A DNA stretch of 64,000 nucleotides from assembly GCA_051362555.1 (NCBI GenBank), contig CM120641.1, positions 27,224,401 to 27,288,400 of the forward strand, in the 5' to 3' direction. Position 1 is the stretch's first letter; each line of letters begins with the position of its first letter. Shown here one piece after another: positions 11,997 through 24,839 of the stretch. The notes under the pieces were generated by a model. That model saw only the letters and a program-made list of their open reading frames with translations, was not told the origin of the DNA and did no database searches. Both the position numbers and the translations under genes were made by a program. The DNA is from Lingula anatina. Taxonomy: Eukaryota; Animalia; Brachiopoda.

Positions 11997-14024
11997 CAGG
12001 GGCGGATTTAGGCCGTCTTCTGGGTCTTCCGGAAGACGGTCAAATTTTAAAGTTTACACTGACGGGTATCTAATATTTTCTGTCGGAAGACGGTCAAAAA
12101 TGGAGGATGGATGAACAAAAATAATTTGGAAGACTGTCAGAAAATATATTATCGGACCCGCAGGGTCAAGTACAATACCGGGTATTTTGCTTTATTTATT
12201 AACGTGATCAAACAATGGCCAGCTTTACCCGCGAAGAAGCTGGATTGTGCAATACTGACTTGTCATTCACTACGGTTCTCTCGTACCTTCATGTAAACAG
12301 AGGTGTGTTGACACTGCACTCTACCAGGCACGACGGGTTTTCTATACATTTAGATAAAGAACAGCAGTGGAGTGCAGTCGCACAACCCTGGCTTTTGTAC
12401 AAAATGATACCGTTCAGTGCATGTGTGTTGTTCTGTGTAATCCTCCATGCTGACACCTCCTTTGCTCAGAGAAGAGTCACTGTACAGCAAGGAGATATCA
12501 ATGGGAAAACATCAATTCTTGGATCGGACGTGATCTCCTATCTTGGGATACCCTACGCTGAACCTCCTTTGGGTGATCTACGATTCAAGAGACCAGTACC
12601 TAAGGCTGCTTGGAGTTCTCCACTGAATGCCACTGAGTATGGACCGATATGCCTGCAAATGAATGCCCGATTTCCCAGTTCCGAGGATTGTCTCACACTT
12701 AATGTTCATGTACCGCAGAATAATAACACCACCCCTAAAGCAGTCATGGTTTGGGTTCCTGGCGGAGGGTTTGTCTCGGGCAGCGCCAGAGCAATGGATC
12801 CTGTAGGTCTAGCCATGGCAGACGTCATCACAGTTAGTATCAACTACCGTTTGGGCATGTTTGGCTTTCTTACTATTGCGGACGATGTAAAAGGTAATTT
12901 CGGACTTTGGGACCAACACCTCGCTTTCAGATGGATAAAAGACAACATTGCTGCCTTTGGAGGGGACCCCAATAGAATCACGATATTCGGAGGATCTGCA
13001 GGCAGTATGAGCGTGTCGTTCCACGCTATGTCTCCAATGAGTAACGGACTGTTCCATCGTGTCATAAGCCAAAGTGGGATTGGCACTCAATATTCTGTCC
13101 TTCGACCTAATCCCACAATTGTCACTTCTGTGAGCAAAACTTCAAATTGTAACACCACCGATTCGGCGGCTTTGCTATCTTGTCTTAAAGGTAAAAGTGC
13201 ACAAGATCTTCTTGCTGCCTCTAATACCCTTGGACAGTTGCTTATTTGGAGGCCGTATGTGGATAACGAATTTATAACTGGAAACGTTGAAAGCTCATCA
13301 AATCTTCTACCAGAACAATATGGAAACCTTGATTATTTGATGGGAAGTAATAGTCGTGATGGTACTGTCGGAATCTTTGTGCCTTCCGAAGCCGAAAATG
13401 GTTATACAGAGTCAACTTTCCGCAAACATGTCGACCGTATGTTAACTGGGAGATTGGACAAAGATATCATTGAAACGGCGTTGATACAAGAGTACACTGC
13501 AGATGTCTTTAATCCAGATAACAGAACGCGCGTACAGCAAAAAATAGAAATCTCTACGGACCTCTTTTTCACAGTCCCTACCGAGTTGAACGCCATCAAA
13601 CATGACAGAACCAATGGTACTGGTTCTACGTTCGTATATTTTCTCTCCATAAACACGTGCAACAAAATTCTGCCCACGGTGTCTTGGCTGGATGGAGCTG
13701 GACATGTCGACGAACTAATTTACATCAATGGTCTGGTCAGTGTTTTGTGCAACGGTAGCGCCACACCTGCTGACCTAGCCCTACAGACTGCCATGATTAC
13801 CTATTGGACCAACTTTGCTAAATCTGGGTAAGTGATAAATACTTGTTCTAAATACATGGCATACGACAGGGGCGGATTTTGGCCGTGTTCTGGGAGACGA
13901 CCAGATTTTCAAGTTTACATTGACGGGTATGTAATTTTTTCTGACGAAATACGGTGAAAATGGTGGATGGATCAACAAAATTAATTTGGAAGACTGTCAG
14001 AAAATATCTCTGGATCCAGCCCTG
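11997..14024 (+). mobile_element. Composite, gene-carrying non-autonomous element: two direct MITE copies (11997-12147, 13867-14024) enclosing exon A2
   Basis: Starts CAGGGGCGGAT and ends ATCCAGCCCTG (imperfect TIR). Flanked by ATCTC at 11992-11996 and 14025-14029. Confidence 0.8.
12404..13827 (+). CDS. Carboxylesterase first exon A2 (different signal peptide), carried inside an insertion
   Basis: ATG at 12404, MIPFSACVLFCVILHADTSFAQ. Motifs PGGG, GGSAG, GSNSRDG and GAGHVDE. Phase-2 donor GG|GTAAG at 13827/13828. Confidence 0.8.
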
Positions 14025-17000
14025 ATCTCTGTGGTCTTCCTCTTTCAAGTTGCCTATTCACAGAGTGTTGTTCGAGTTCAGCAGGGCGATGTGATCGGCA
14101 CAACAAAAACGATTGGTAACACGACGGTGCATGCATACCTTGGGATACCCTTTGCCGAGCCACCCCTAGGTGACCTACGGTTCAAGAAACCAGTACCTAA
14201 GGCTGCTTGGAGTTCCCCACTGAATGCAACCGAGTATGGACCGATATGCCTGCAAATGAACGCCATGTTTCCTAGCTCTGAGGACTGTCTGACACTTAAT
14301 GTTCATGTACCGCAGAATAATATCACCGCCCTTAAAGCAGTCATGGTTTGGGTTCATGGCGGAGGGTTTGTCGTGAGCAGTAGTAGAGAAGAGGACCCTA
14401 TAGGTCTAGTCCTGGAAGACGTCATCAAAGTTAGTGTCAACTACCGTTTGGGCATGTTTGGCTTTCTTACTATTGGGGACGATGTAAAAGGTAATTTCGG
14501 ACTTTGGGACCAACACCTCGCTTTCAGATGGATAAAAGATAACATTGCTGCCTTCGGAGGGGACCCCAACAGAATCACGATATTCGGAGAATCTGCAGGC
14601 GGTATGAGCGTGTCTTTCCATGCTATGTCTCCAATGAGTGACGGACTGTTCCATCGTGTCATAAGCCAAAGCGGGGTTGGCAGTCAATATTTTGTCCTTC
14701 GACTAAGTCCCACAATTATCACTTCTCTGAGCAAAACTTCAAATTGTAACACCACCGATTCGGCGGCTTTGCTATCTTGTCTTAAAGGTAAAAGGGCCCA
14801 AGATCTTCTTGCTGCCTCTAATACCTTTGAACGGTTTTGGAGACCAAACATGGATAACGAGTTTATAACTGGAAACGTTGAAAGCTCATCAAACCTTCTG
14901 CCAGAACAATATGGAAACCTTGATTTTTTGATGGGAAGTAATAGTCGTGATGGTACTGTCGGAATCGCGGTGCCTTCCGAAGCTGAAAATGGTTATACAG
15001 AGTCAACTTTCCGGAAATATGTCGACCGTATGTTAACTGGGAGATTGGACAAAGATATCATTGAAAAGGCGTTGATACAAGAGTACACTGCAGATGTCTT
15101 TAATCCAGATAACAGAACGCGCGTACAGCAAAAAATAGAAATCTCTACGGACCTCTTTTTTACAGTCCCTACCGAGTTGAACGCTCTCAAACATGACAGA
15201 ACCAATGGTACTGGTTCTACGTTCGTATATTTTCTCTCCATAAACACTTGTCACAAACTACCGCCCACGGTGTCTTGGCTTGATGGAGCTGGACATGCCG
15301 ACGACCTAATCTACATTAATGGTCTGGTTAGTGTTTTGTGCAACGGTAGCGCCACACCTGCTGATTTTGCCCTACAGAATGCTATGATAACTTATTGGAC
15401 GAACTTTGCTAAATCTGGGTAAGTTATTCAGTTAAGAAAACGAGATTTTTACTGGGGTTTGCAGCAGGCTATGGGCATCTGACATGGAAAAAGTAACACT
15501 GATATGTTAACAGGTAAATTTCATGCTTTGAGAGATAAATCATAGTTCCCTTTATAGCAAGTTACGTTTCTTTAAATGAATAAAGTTATTCTAATCAATA
15601 GCGTTAAATCGTATAAAAGTACGGCTGGCTATCACATAAATGTATTTTTATACTTACTGTTATATTTACTCAGGTGATCTGTACATGATCACATTTTATT
15701 ACCTTATATTCTCTGCTTTTCACGAGAAACAGAATAAGCAATAAGTAATAGTGCTTTGTGTTTTATAATAATCATTACGACCTTAAATGTATTAAATACC
15801 TGTAATTTTAGTTTCTCAAACCTCACCCATCGATATTTTCATTATAATACTTACATATTTAAGGCCCGTAGTCATTTGCGATATTGTGATAATGTGTATA
15901 GAGCACTACCAGGTTTTAAAATTACAACTGTTTTGTACGGGGAAATAATCATTAAACACGATACCCACTTTCGCAATAAAAATTCGCCAATACTGTAGCG
16001 TCTGATTTTTCAAATTTTTTCGCTCACCATACGTTCATCCATGTATTTCTCCGTGTACATGTATCACCCATTCACTTCAAAGTAAACAGTGTATCATAGC
16101 GCAAATAAGGAAACGTATATGTATTTTCATGGGTATGGGCATCGTTAACTACAATGTAACCGTAAAAGAGAATGTAATATAGAATAAAAGATTCAAAACA
16201 GTTTTCATATGTCAGAAAGTAACGGGTCAAAGACTGGGGTTAAAAGCCAGTTTTAATCACTTATTATACACTTGGTTATAACCAAGGGAGCAATTCAATA
16301 GGTTTATATAAAAGCGCTATACTAGAGAATCAAAAACAAACTGACGGACAAAAGTAGGTGCCTGTACAATTAAGCAAATGATGGTTTCTGCATTGTTAGA
16401 AGTTTACACCCCCAACATGTACGCCCAGCTCTTGACCCCATCTGATCTTTTTGTTATATAATAATTATTAGCAGTCATTTTATCAGGTTCAAAAATATTG
16501 AGTAGACTTACAGTGTCGAGTTCCGATTATTAATCTGCACAGGTAACCTCCGTCCTAGATTTTCACCCTCTTTCGTCCCGCTACCTGTAACCCTAATCTA
16601 TGTGAATATTATGGTTGGCATAGTCTAAGTGACATTGGCCTTTGCTTTCTTAACACCGAGCATAATTTTAAAAATAAATTGTAGAGCTAGGTTCGACGAC
16701 GGCATGAACGAGGGCATTAACCGCGCAAACATAAAACAAATTCTAAAATAATGTTACATTAGCATTTAACCAATATATCCCTTATCCTATATTTTCCCAA
16801 AATGTATTATAAATGTATTACAAAAAAGAGCCATTTTATCAATGTTCCATGCTGTCAGAGGTTATGATGTACACTAAGTACAAACATACAAGCAAACCAT
16901 GCATACAAACTGGCAGCTCACCTGTAAATTACTTGGGCAATTTACATGCTCATTATGTTATTTACAATGCAAAGACACAAATGGGATGTGGCCTGGACCA

Positions 17001-17216
17001 TGTCCTGATTGGGATGTGGTCTGGACCACTTAGGAAGTGGACTAAATTGGGATCTGGCCTGTGATATACACGTTAGACAAGTGTTGTTTGTAGAGTTGAA
17101 TGATGTACTGAGACAGAATTTCTGAACACTGGCGATCCAGGATTTTGTTCAGAAGGATGAGAAGCAAAATGATTTTAAAAAATTAAACGACGGAGGGCAT
17201 TTTACTAAAACACAAA

Positions 17217-20200
17217 GGACACAGGCATGAAAGAATTCTTAGTTTTGCCTTGTTTTGCTCGTTATGTTTTCATTTGGTGTTGGGGGTGGGGGGTAGGTGC
17301 GTCAGTGGCTTCGATATACATTATAAATAATACGAAATATGTTTTGATAGTCAAATAATATCCAACAAAACATTTTATATGTTCATACCAGTATTTCTCG
17401 TAGGAACAACCACTGACATTAATGCATAAGGAATCTGTTGTGATACTACAAGAACATGATGATAACTATATATGTATAATACTGGTTGAGAACTTCATAA
17501 TATATTCTTATACCAATAAACTTGAAAATGGCGAAAAATTTAAGTTGCTTGTATTAACAATTTAACTCAGTTATTCATTACTTCTTTAACCATTATATCC
17601 CCGAACCAGAATGCGATTTTTGTCAGGGCAATTTGTCTTATAAGTGTTGAAAAAAATCAATTTCCCTACTATGCATACCATGCAATGATTGATAACATAC
17701 CTTTAGCATCTACATGTATTTTATTTCTTATGATTTCGCAAATAGATGTTCTCTTTTACATTCGTTTATCTAAATGAAGCACTGGCACTTTGTGTACTGA
17801 TTAACACTTTCAGCACTTACAGCAAAATAATACTACATCTTTCTTATCGTTTGCTACTGTTTTTTCTGCACTTCTAGAAATATATTGTCGTTTTGTCAAT
17901 GAAAAACTCAATAGATCAAATTTGCAGTGGTAAATACTTTTACTGTGGTGATATTTCCCCACAAAAACGCCCAAAATTTGAGAGAAAATTGCTTATGTTT
18001 CTAAGGATGTTTTAGTGCATTTTTGCGTCTGATAAGATGTCTGTAAGTACCAACATAATAACCATATATTTATTAAATGGATGTTTATTTGACACTTCGA
18101 AAAAGTTACTCAGTGTATGTATTTGACTTTTTTCCAGGAATCCAAACCAGCCTGCCCTCGTGGCAACACAGTGGCCCAAGTACGACCATGTTCAGCGCAA
18201 ATACCTCGACCTCAATGAGAACATCACTGCCAAATCCAATCTCAAAGCACGTCGAGTTGCCTTCATGACCGATGTGCTTCAAAAGCTGGTGGAGCTTCCA
18301 TCTGAGGAAGTGTGTACAGAAACGGGCGATGTCATGGATGACTTGGTTGTGGATACTTTCTACGGCAAAATCAGAGGGAAGCGTGAGGTCGTAAAAGAAT
18401 GGTACTGGGAAATGTTTCTTGGCGTTCCCTATGCAGCTCCCCCCATAGGAGAACACCGTTTTCTCCCACCAATACCTCCAAAAATGTGGAAAGGCATCCG
18501 AAATGTAACGGAGTTAGGATATTCCTGTCATGGAAGAGCGAATTTCACCTCACCCTCTCCTTTTAAGTTCCACGAAGATTGTCTCACACTTAATATTTAT
18601 GTGCCTGCAGGAGTGCGAATGTGGAAAGACGAAAAACTTGCTGTAATGTTATTTATACACGGAGGTGGCTATGTGGCTGGATCAAGTTCAGAGTACGACG
18701 GCAGAGCACTAAGCTGGTATGGACGAGTTATTGTTGTCACCATAAACTATCGCCTCGGAATCTTTGGTTTCGCAAGCACTGGGGACCAGAATGCTCCTGG
18801 TAACGTTGGTCTGATGGATCAGAGTCTTGCAATGCGGTGGGTAAAACAAAACATAGCCTCTTTTGGTGGTGACCCCGAAAGAATAACTATATTTGGAGAA
18901 TCGGCGGGTGCTGGAAGTGTCATATACCAAATGCTTTCACCTATGAGTAAAGGGTTGTTCAAGCGAGCCATAGCGGAAAGTACATGGATGGGAGCTTGGG
19001 ATTTACATTTCATCGACCCAGCAAAAAAGAATAACATAGATATGATACGGAAGTATGGCATTCATTTCAACTGCAGCTCTTCACCAGTAGACATAATAAG
19101 GTGCCTTCGTGACATCGATGCTTCAGATATAGCTCAATATGCCTCTAAAGACTTGTTTTCTTGGCCACTCAGATTATTCACTCCAACTGTTGATCGTGAA
19201 TTCATGCCCTATTCACCATCCCAAATGTTCGATTTGCTTTTAAATAACAAAAACTTGGTTGAAGATGATGACATGGTTGACTTACTCATTGGTACAAACA
19301 GTGGAGAAGGATTGAGTCAGTCTTTTGACTTGATATCAAAGATGTTTCCCAATGGTTCTCAACTGACCAATGGATTAACAGAGAAAGAGTTTGGCCAAAT
19401 CATGGAAGCATATGTTACCGAAAGCGTAGGCGACAATCTTAAAATAATTCTACCCATGATCCAGAACGCTTATACCAACTGGGAATCACCAGACAATCCA
19501 ATGAGTCGTGTTCGCACTCTTCAAGACTTAATAGGAGATATCTCATTTGTCGCCGGGTCAGATTTGGCTGCACATGTGCATTCTACTCTAGGTGGCAACA
19601 CGTACATGTATAGCTTTGCACACGAACCTAGTTTTGGCCATCCCTCCCTCAGGCTGCTTGGGCTGTCTACTGAACCAATTTATGGTTTGGCTGGCCACGG
19701 TGATGAACTTACCTTTGTGTTTGGTAAGCCTTTATTCACTGATGTTGTTCCTAGGAATTTTTCCTCAAGAGACGTTGAAGTGTCAAGACAAATGATAGCT
19801 TACTGGTCAAACTTTGCCAGATATGGGTAAGCGCTTACAATACCGGAAGAGTAGATTATACCTAAATAGTAGTGGTATTAATGAATTTTTTATGTTTAAT
19901 TGTGAAGACCTTAAATATACCTTCGAAACAAGTATGCAGAAATAATAATATAAAAAAATATTTTGTAAAGCTCTCAAATTATATATATGATGTGACTTTG
20001 ATTTGCTGCTATAATGTCATCAGTAAAACGGATTTTAAAAATATTTATGTACTTCATTTTCAGTTCTCCCAATGGCCCTACAGTTCCAGTCTTTTGGCCT
20101 CAGTACGAAACATCCATGACGTCATACATGTACATCGGAAACGAGACTGAAGTAAAACAAAATCTGGGTGGTTCCCGAGTCCAACTATTGAAAAACGTAG

Positions 20201-22425
20201 TGAGACGCCTCGCTGACTCTGGCAATTGTCCTGCAATGTCAAAAACAATGTACACACCAGCTCCCTCTAACGGTTCGTGGATAATGCAGTATATCATGCC
20301 GGATCAGCCTGAGGTCAACACCCGTGTTGGGCGTGTGAGAGGACTTGCTCTACGGGCCAGCGCTTTTACTAGTGGAAAAGATTTAAACCTTTTCCTAGGT
20401 ATTCCCTACGCTAAGCCACCAACAGGTGATCGCAGATTCAAAAAGCCAGAACCAACAACTGCTTGGACTGAAACCCTCAATGCAACAATGAGCGCACCGC
20501 CTTGCCTTCAACTCCCGTCAGATTTCATGATGGTGCTTGGTTTGAATCGCACCAGTGAAGATTGTTTATATGTGTCCGTAGTCGTGCCTCGAGGAACCGT
20601 AGTAAATGATAAGAAGCCTGTTGTTGCCTTAATTCATGGTGGCTTCTTTATAAACGGCAGTCCAGATGAACATTCACTGGGAATTTTCTCTTCTTTGGGC
20701 GATGTCATTACTGTAAGCATTAATTATAGACTCGGTATGCTTGGATTTATGTCGACTGGAGATGACACTTTGAAAGGGAACCTCGGACTCTATGACATGG
20801 TGGCTGCAACAAAATGGATAAAAGAGAACATTGCTTCTTTCGGTGGCAATCCAGACAAAATAACCCTTTTTGGTACTGGATCTGCAGGACTGGCAGTACT
20901 TAATATGATGGTCTCCCCTATGGCAAAAGATTATTTCCATCAGGCTGTCATCACGGGCCCTACCACGCCTTACGCTGCACAAACGCCGGCTGCATTAGCG
21001 GAAATAAGCAGGAATTTTTCTGCTGGTATTGGATGCCGACAGGAATCAAGCTCAGAGCTTATAGAATGTCTGAGAAGTAAACCAGCCGATGCATTCATAT
21101 ACAAGGGAAATCCTTACCTGGCAAACCACGTATTCCTTGTCACTGATGGAGAACTAATAAAAAGTGATCTTGTAACAGCGTATACTACCAGTACTCAACT
21201 GAAGCCTCTTGTGATTGGAAGTACGTCAGACTATGCTGGTATTTTCCTTCAACAATATCTTGGTTACAGAGATTCTATGACCCAGCAAGAAGTCGACGCT
21301 TCTATTGATATGACAATTGAAGCAGTTTTTCCCAAATCAGGAATGAAGGACCTTTTGAAAGCCATGATTAAACAGCAGTTTTTTTCATCAGAAATCAAAA
21401 ATGATAAAGATAGACTGATGGCTCTCTTACACTTCTATAACAGCATGCACAAGTATGGCTGGTTGTATATGCTTGGTGTAGGGCACGCATCCCATGGTGG
21501 AGACGTGTATATGTACGAATTTAATCATCGTCCACAGTGGTCATGGTACCCCGAATGGATTGGCGCCACCTTCCGAGACGACATCGGGTTTTTGGAAGGC
21601 TTACCGTTCGACAAACCACTTCTGGCTGAATTATCGTTGTCAGTCACAGACCGAGACGAAATGATCAGTGGGGCACTCATGTCGTATATCGGAAACTTTG
21701 TTGGAACAAGGTAGGTTGACTGGGCTCCATAGTCACAAAATCAATAGTTTCTTGTATGATACATGTAGTTGGATTCGATTTTAGATGATAGCAGTAGATC
21801 AAAACCTGTATACTGAGTTAAAGAATTTTGGTCGTATTGTGCGTTTTTCAAATTTCCCTTTATTACAAACAAACATCGAATTTAACTTGATCATCATTGT
21901 AATTTACGGATAGTATTTTATCAACAATCCTTACTCCCTTTTGTAGTAATCCAAACCAAGGCAATTTCCCAGTGTCCGTGGAATGGCCAAAGTTTGAGGA
22001 AGATGTTCCTAACTACCTCATGGCAGGTCTACGATTCATGGCAGCAGACATGAGAGACATGATGGGCCAAGAACAAATACGTTTCTGGCATGGTGAAGGA
22101 AAAAATAATTCCATACTGGATCAAGTTGCTACTATGAAGATGGATGCCCAAACAATGAGTACTCCGGCACCCACTACGCCCCCTGCAGCAACATGCCCAC
22201 CCGCGTTGGGGAGCTCTGATTTCCTGAATTCAATGAACCTTGATGTCAAAGGAGTAGACGATCTTGTCTTGGCACTCATTGTTATAGCTTCTGCGTTGGG
22301 TCTTTTCCTCATAATTGCAGTAGGGTATGTGTGCGTACTAAACGGCAGGATTGGGAAGCTTAAACAAGCTGCTTTATCCACTTCAAGGATTGAGCTAACT
22401 AAGATGTGAAATGAAAATTGAAAAA
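17217..22425 (+). repeat. Tandem segmental duplicate of ~26-5345
   Basis: Upstream intron, exons B/C/D and the two short introns are colinear with an offset of ~17.1 kb. Homology ends just after the stop codon. Confidence 0.95.
18138..22409 (+). CDS. Multi-domain carboxylesterase membrane protein, copy 2, downstream exons B2, C2, D2
   Basis: Exons 18138-19826 (1689 nt), 20064-21710 (1647 nt) and 21947-22409 (463 nt), the same lengths and phases as copy 1. With A1 the total is 5208 nt, or 1735 aa. Confidence 0.9.
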
Positions 22426-23069
22426 TTGTGCCTTTTTGGTCAGCTAAACATGTGTCCATTGCACATATTGAAATAACTTCTTGCCAGTATACGTCAAATA
22501 TGATAATGTCATCTTATATATCTTATTCGGATTGAGAAATAATTGCACACTGATGATTAATATCCAGATGAAAAAATGAAATAATTCAGGTTCTAAATCC
22601 TTTTACATGATCTTCTTAAAGTTTACATGTTTTACTTTAGCTTCTTTTTGATTATTAAACCTTAAATAAATCTGTTTCACGAATCTGTAAAACGGAGATG
22701 AGCCTCGTGGAGTTAGGTCGAAAATTGAAAAAAAAGCTTGGTTATTAATTTTAAGGTTTATGGGCCATGGTTTGCAATTTTAACGTTTTAACAAATATTA
22801 TATTGACAGTCTAATTATGGCAACACGGTCTAAGGGTAAAAGGGTTAATTTAAAGGGACAGGGTACTCAGATATATAAAGGTATATCTATTTTTGTACTC
22901 CTGTCTGTAACAGTTCTAAGTTATAGATAAAACAACTTATTTAAGGCAGACTGAAAAAGACACGTGACCGCTTTGAATCCCTAGATACGCTTTGAGCAGA
23001 TCAATATCGATTTCAAATTAAATATGAGCCGATTTCAAAATTAACGTTAAAAAAGTAATGACGACACTG

Positions 23070-23107
<38 letters not shown>

Positions 23108-24839
23108 CTCTCTCGGTAGGCCCGGTTGAGGGTAGTAGAAATTGCCGTTATGAATTACATGTACACTCGACTAACAGATTTAATAAAGGATACTGAGGTA
23201 CTTTACCTCTCTGTGCTGCCTGTGTTAGATAATAGTGCGAAATGTAAATGCTCCCAATTTGTTTAAAACATGATGAAAAAGAACTTAATGTAGTATTTTC
23301 TTAATGTATCATTTTCCTTATCATTATATAAAAGATGATCAACTCATTCTTATAACCAAGAAATAAGAAACAGCACATTTATATTCGTAGTGTAATATTT
23401 ATACGACTTTTTTACCTTGGAGTAATCATATAAGTGGCAATATATCCCTCTTGTGATCACTATTTAGGTAGTGTACAAGGACATCTATACATATAATCAA
23501 CTTTTTGTGTCAGGAGAACGGGGTGAACCATATGAATGTGCATTCAACACAATAATAATATCTGTCCATCTCTGCATTTTGAAATTAAAGGCTCAGAAAT
23601 ATTGATTGATATTAGGAAATAAAGTGATCAAACTTGCATTTTTGCATAGATTTGAATTTAGTGATGCGCCTAAGTGAGTGAGCGTTTGTGTGCGTCTGAG
23701 GGGGGATCGGGAAGTTTATTGTTTGACTTGTCAGTGTGCTTTAAGGATCATATTTCACAAAACCAGATATAAGTGACTATAAAAAGCCGATTGATTTGAT
23801 GTGATCAAAGATCAACGCGCTAGAATCCAATTGAATGCAATTCGCACCTCGGTTCATTGCTCTAATGTCAGCTGGATTGTCGTCATTGTCGTTTATATTT
23901 GAAGCAAACGATTAAACGTAATTGATATAAATTCCCCAGAAAGAAGATTTGTTCTTTTTGACACAGACAATTACAACAATTATGAATTATATAACATGAA
24001 ATCATATGAATAAATATAATATTTTATATATTACCCCTTTAGATTCTACTGATATTGATATTAATATTTAGTACTAAGTAGATTAATACTAAGTAGATTT
24101 GTACATATGTTATTATTCAATTTTTGATCTTGAAAGTATTTTGATCTTTTACCAGCTTGCTTAATCAATTTCCAAACTTTATACATGTATTTATCCCGAA
24201 CTATGTCCCTAAGTAGCTATTTAGGTCTAATGATGATTTACGGAAATTGTTTTGTGTATAAACTACGAAACGAGAACAGAATTTAAAAAAAACATGCCCT
24301 TTCCATCCACTTAAACAAAAAAAGGCGAGCAATAGGCTAAGCTACTAAAAAGTAACCTTTTAAACAAATTAAAAACTGGCTGCAAACACCTGATGATCAC
24401 CCTTTATTGTATTATCCTTCTTTGGTTGCATTAACCATTACACTTGAGAGAGGGTTCTTTTTGCGTCCACCGCTCTCAAATTACCTTCAATGTGATGCCT
24501 TGATGTTGTGCACTACGGCAGCCAGCAGACGGACGTTCAAAACCGAACCGTTGTGAATATCCAGACTGAAGATACGACGCATAATCACGGAACATTACAG
24601 CACCTTTTGTTACATAAACAAGCTCGCTCAGAATCCATCGCGTTTTGCCACATCTATCCAATCTTGATAGATTCGCTTTCAATTCACAGCAGAGGCAGAT
24701 AAATCTATTTTAATATCTCTCTGGGACCTCCGTAAGCTTTTCTATTGATTCAGTCGGGGCGCCGTGCTCACTGAAAGCCGTTGCAGTTCATTTACTCGCA
24801 GTCGTTGACGGATTGCACCAGTATCCCTCCCCGTTAACC

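Larger units (their letters stand above)
11974..15418 (+). pseudogene. Carboxylesterase first exon A3, split by insertion (11974-11996 plus 14030-15418)
   Basis: Removing 11997-14029 gives the in-frame MFNTIIISVVFLFQVAYSQ..., matching A1. The 3' part is still an open frame with GESAG and a phase-2 donor at 15418/15419, but it has lost its ATG. Confidence 0.8.

Noticed and set aside
13828-14090. A2 splicing directly into A3 to give a four-domain protein
   Set aside because: The AG sites I checked near the A3 start are phase 0 or 1, not phase 2, and the A2 fold would lack its C-terminal segment.
1003-21714. Seven independent single-exon esterase genes, as the ORF track suggests
   Set aside because: Each ORF stops inside a GT donor before the fold is complete, and the B/C ORFs begin at AG acceptors without signal peptides. 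They are exons.
1-22425. Duplication as an uncollapsed-haplotype artefact
   Set aside because: Introns and exon B differ far more than expected for typical alleles, and the 3' flanks are unrelated. It is not fully excluded without read depth.
1042-22459. Recurrent antisense ORFs over the esterase exons
   Set aside because: These are shadows of the sense coding sequence, repeated only because the exons are duplicated.
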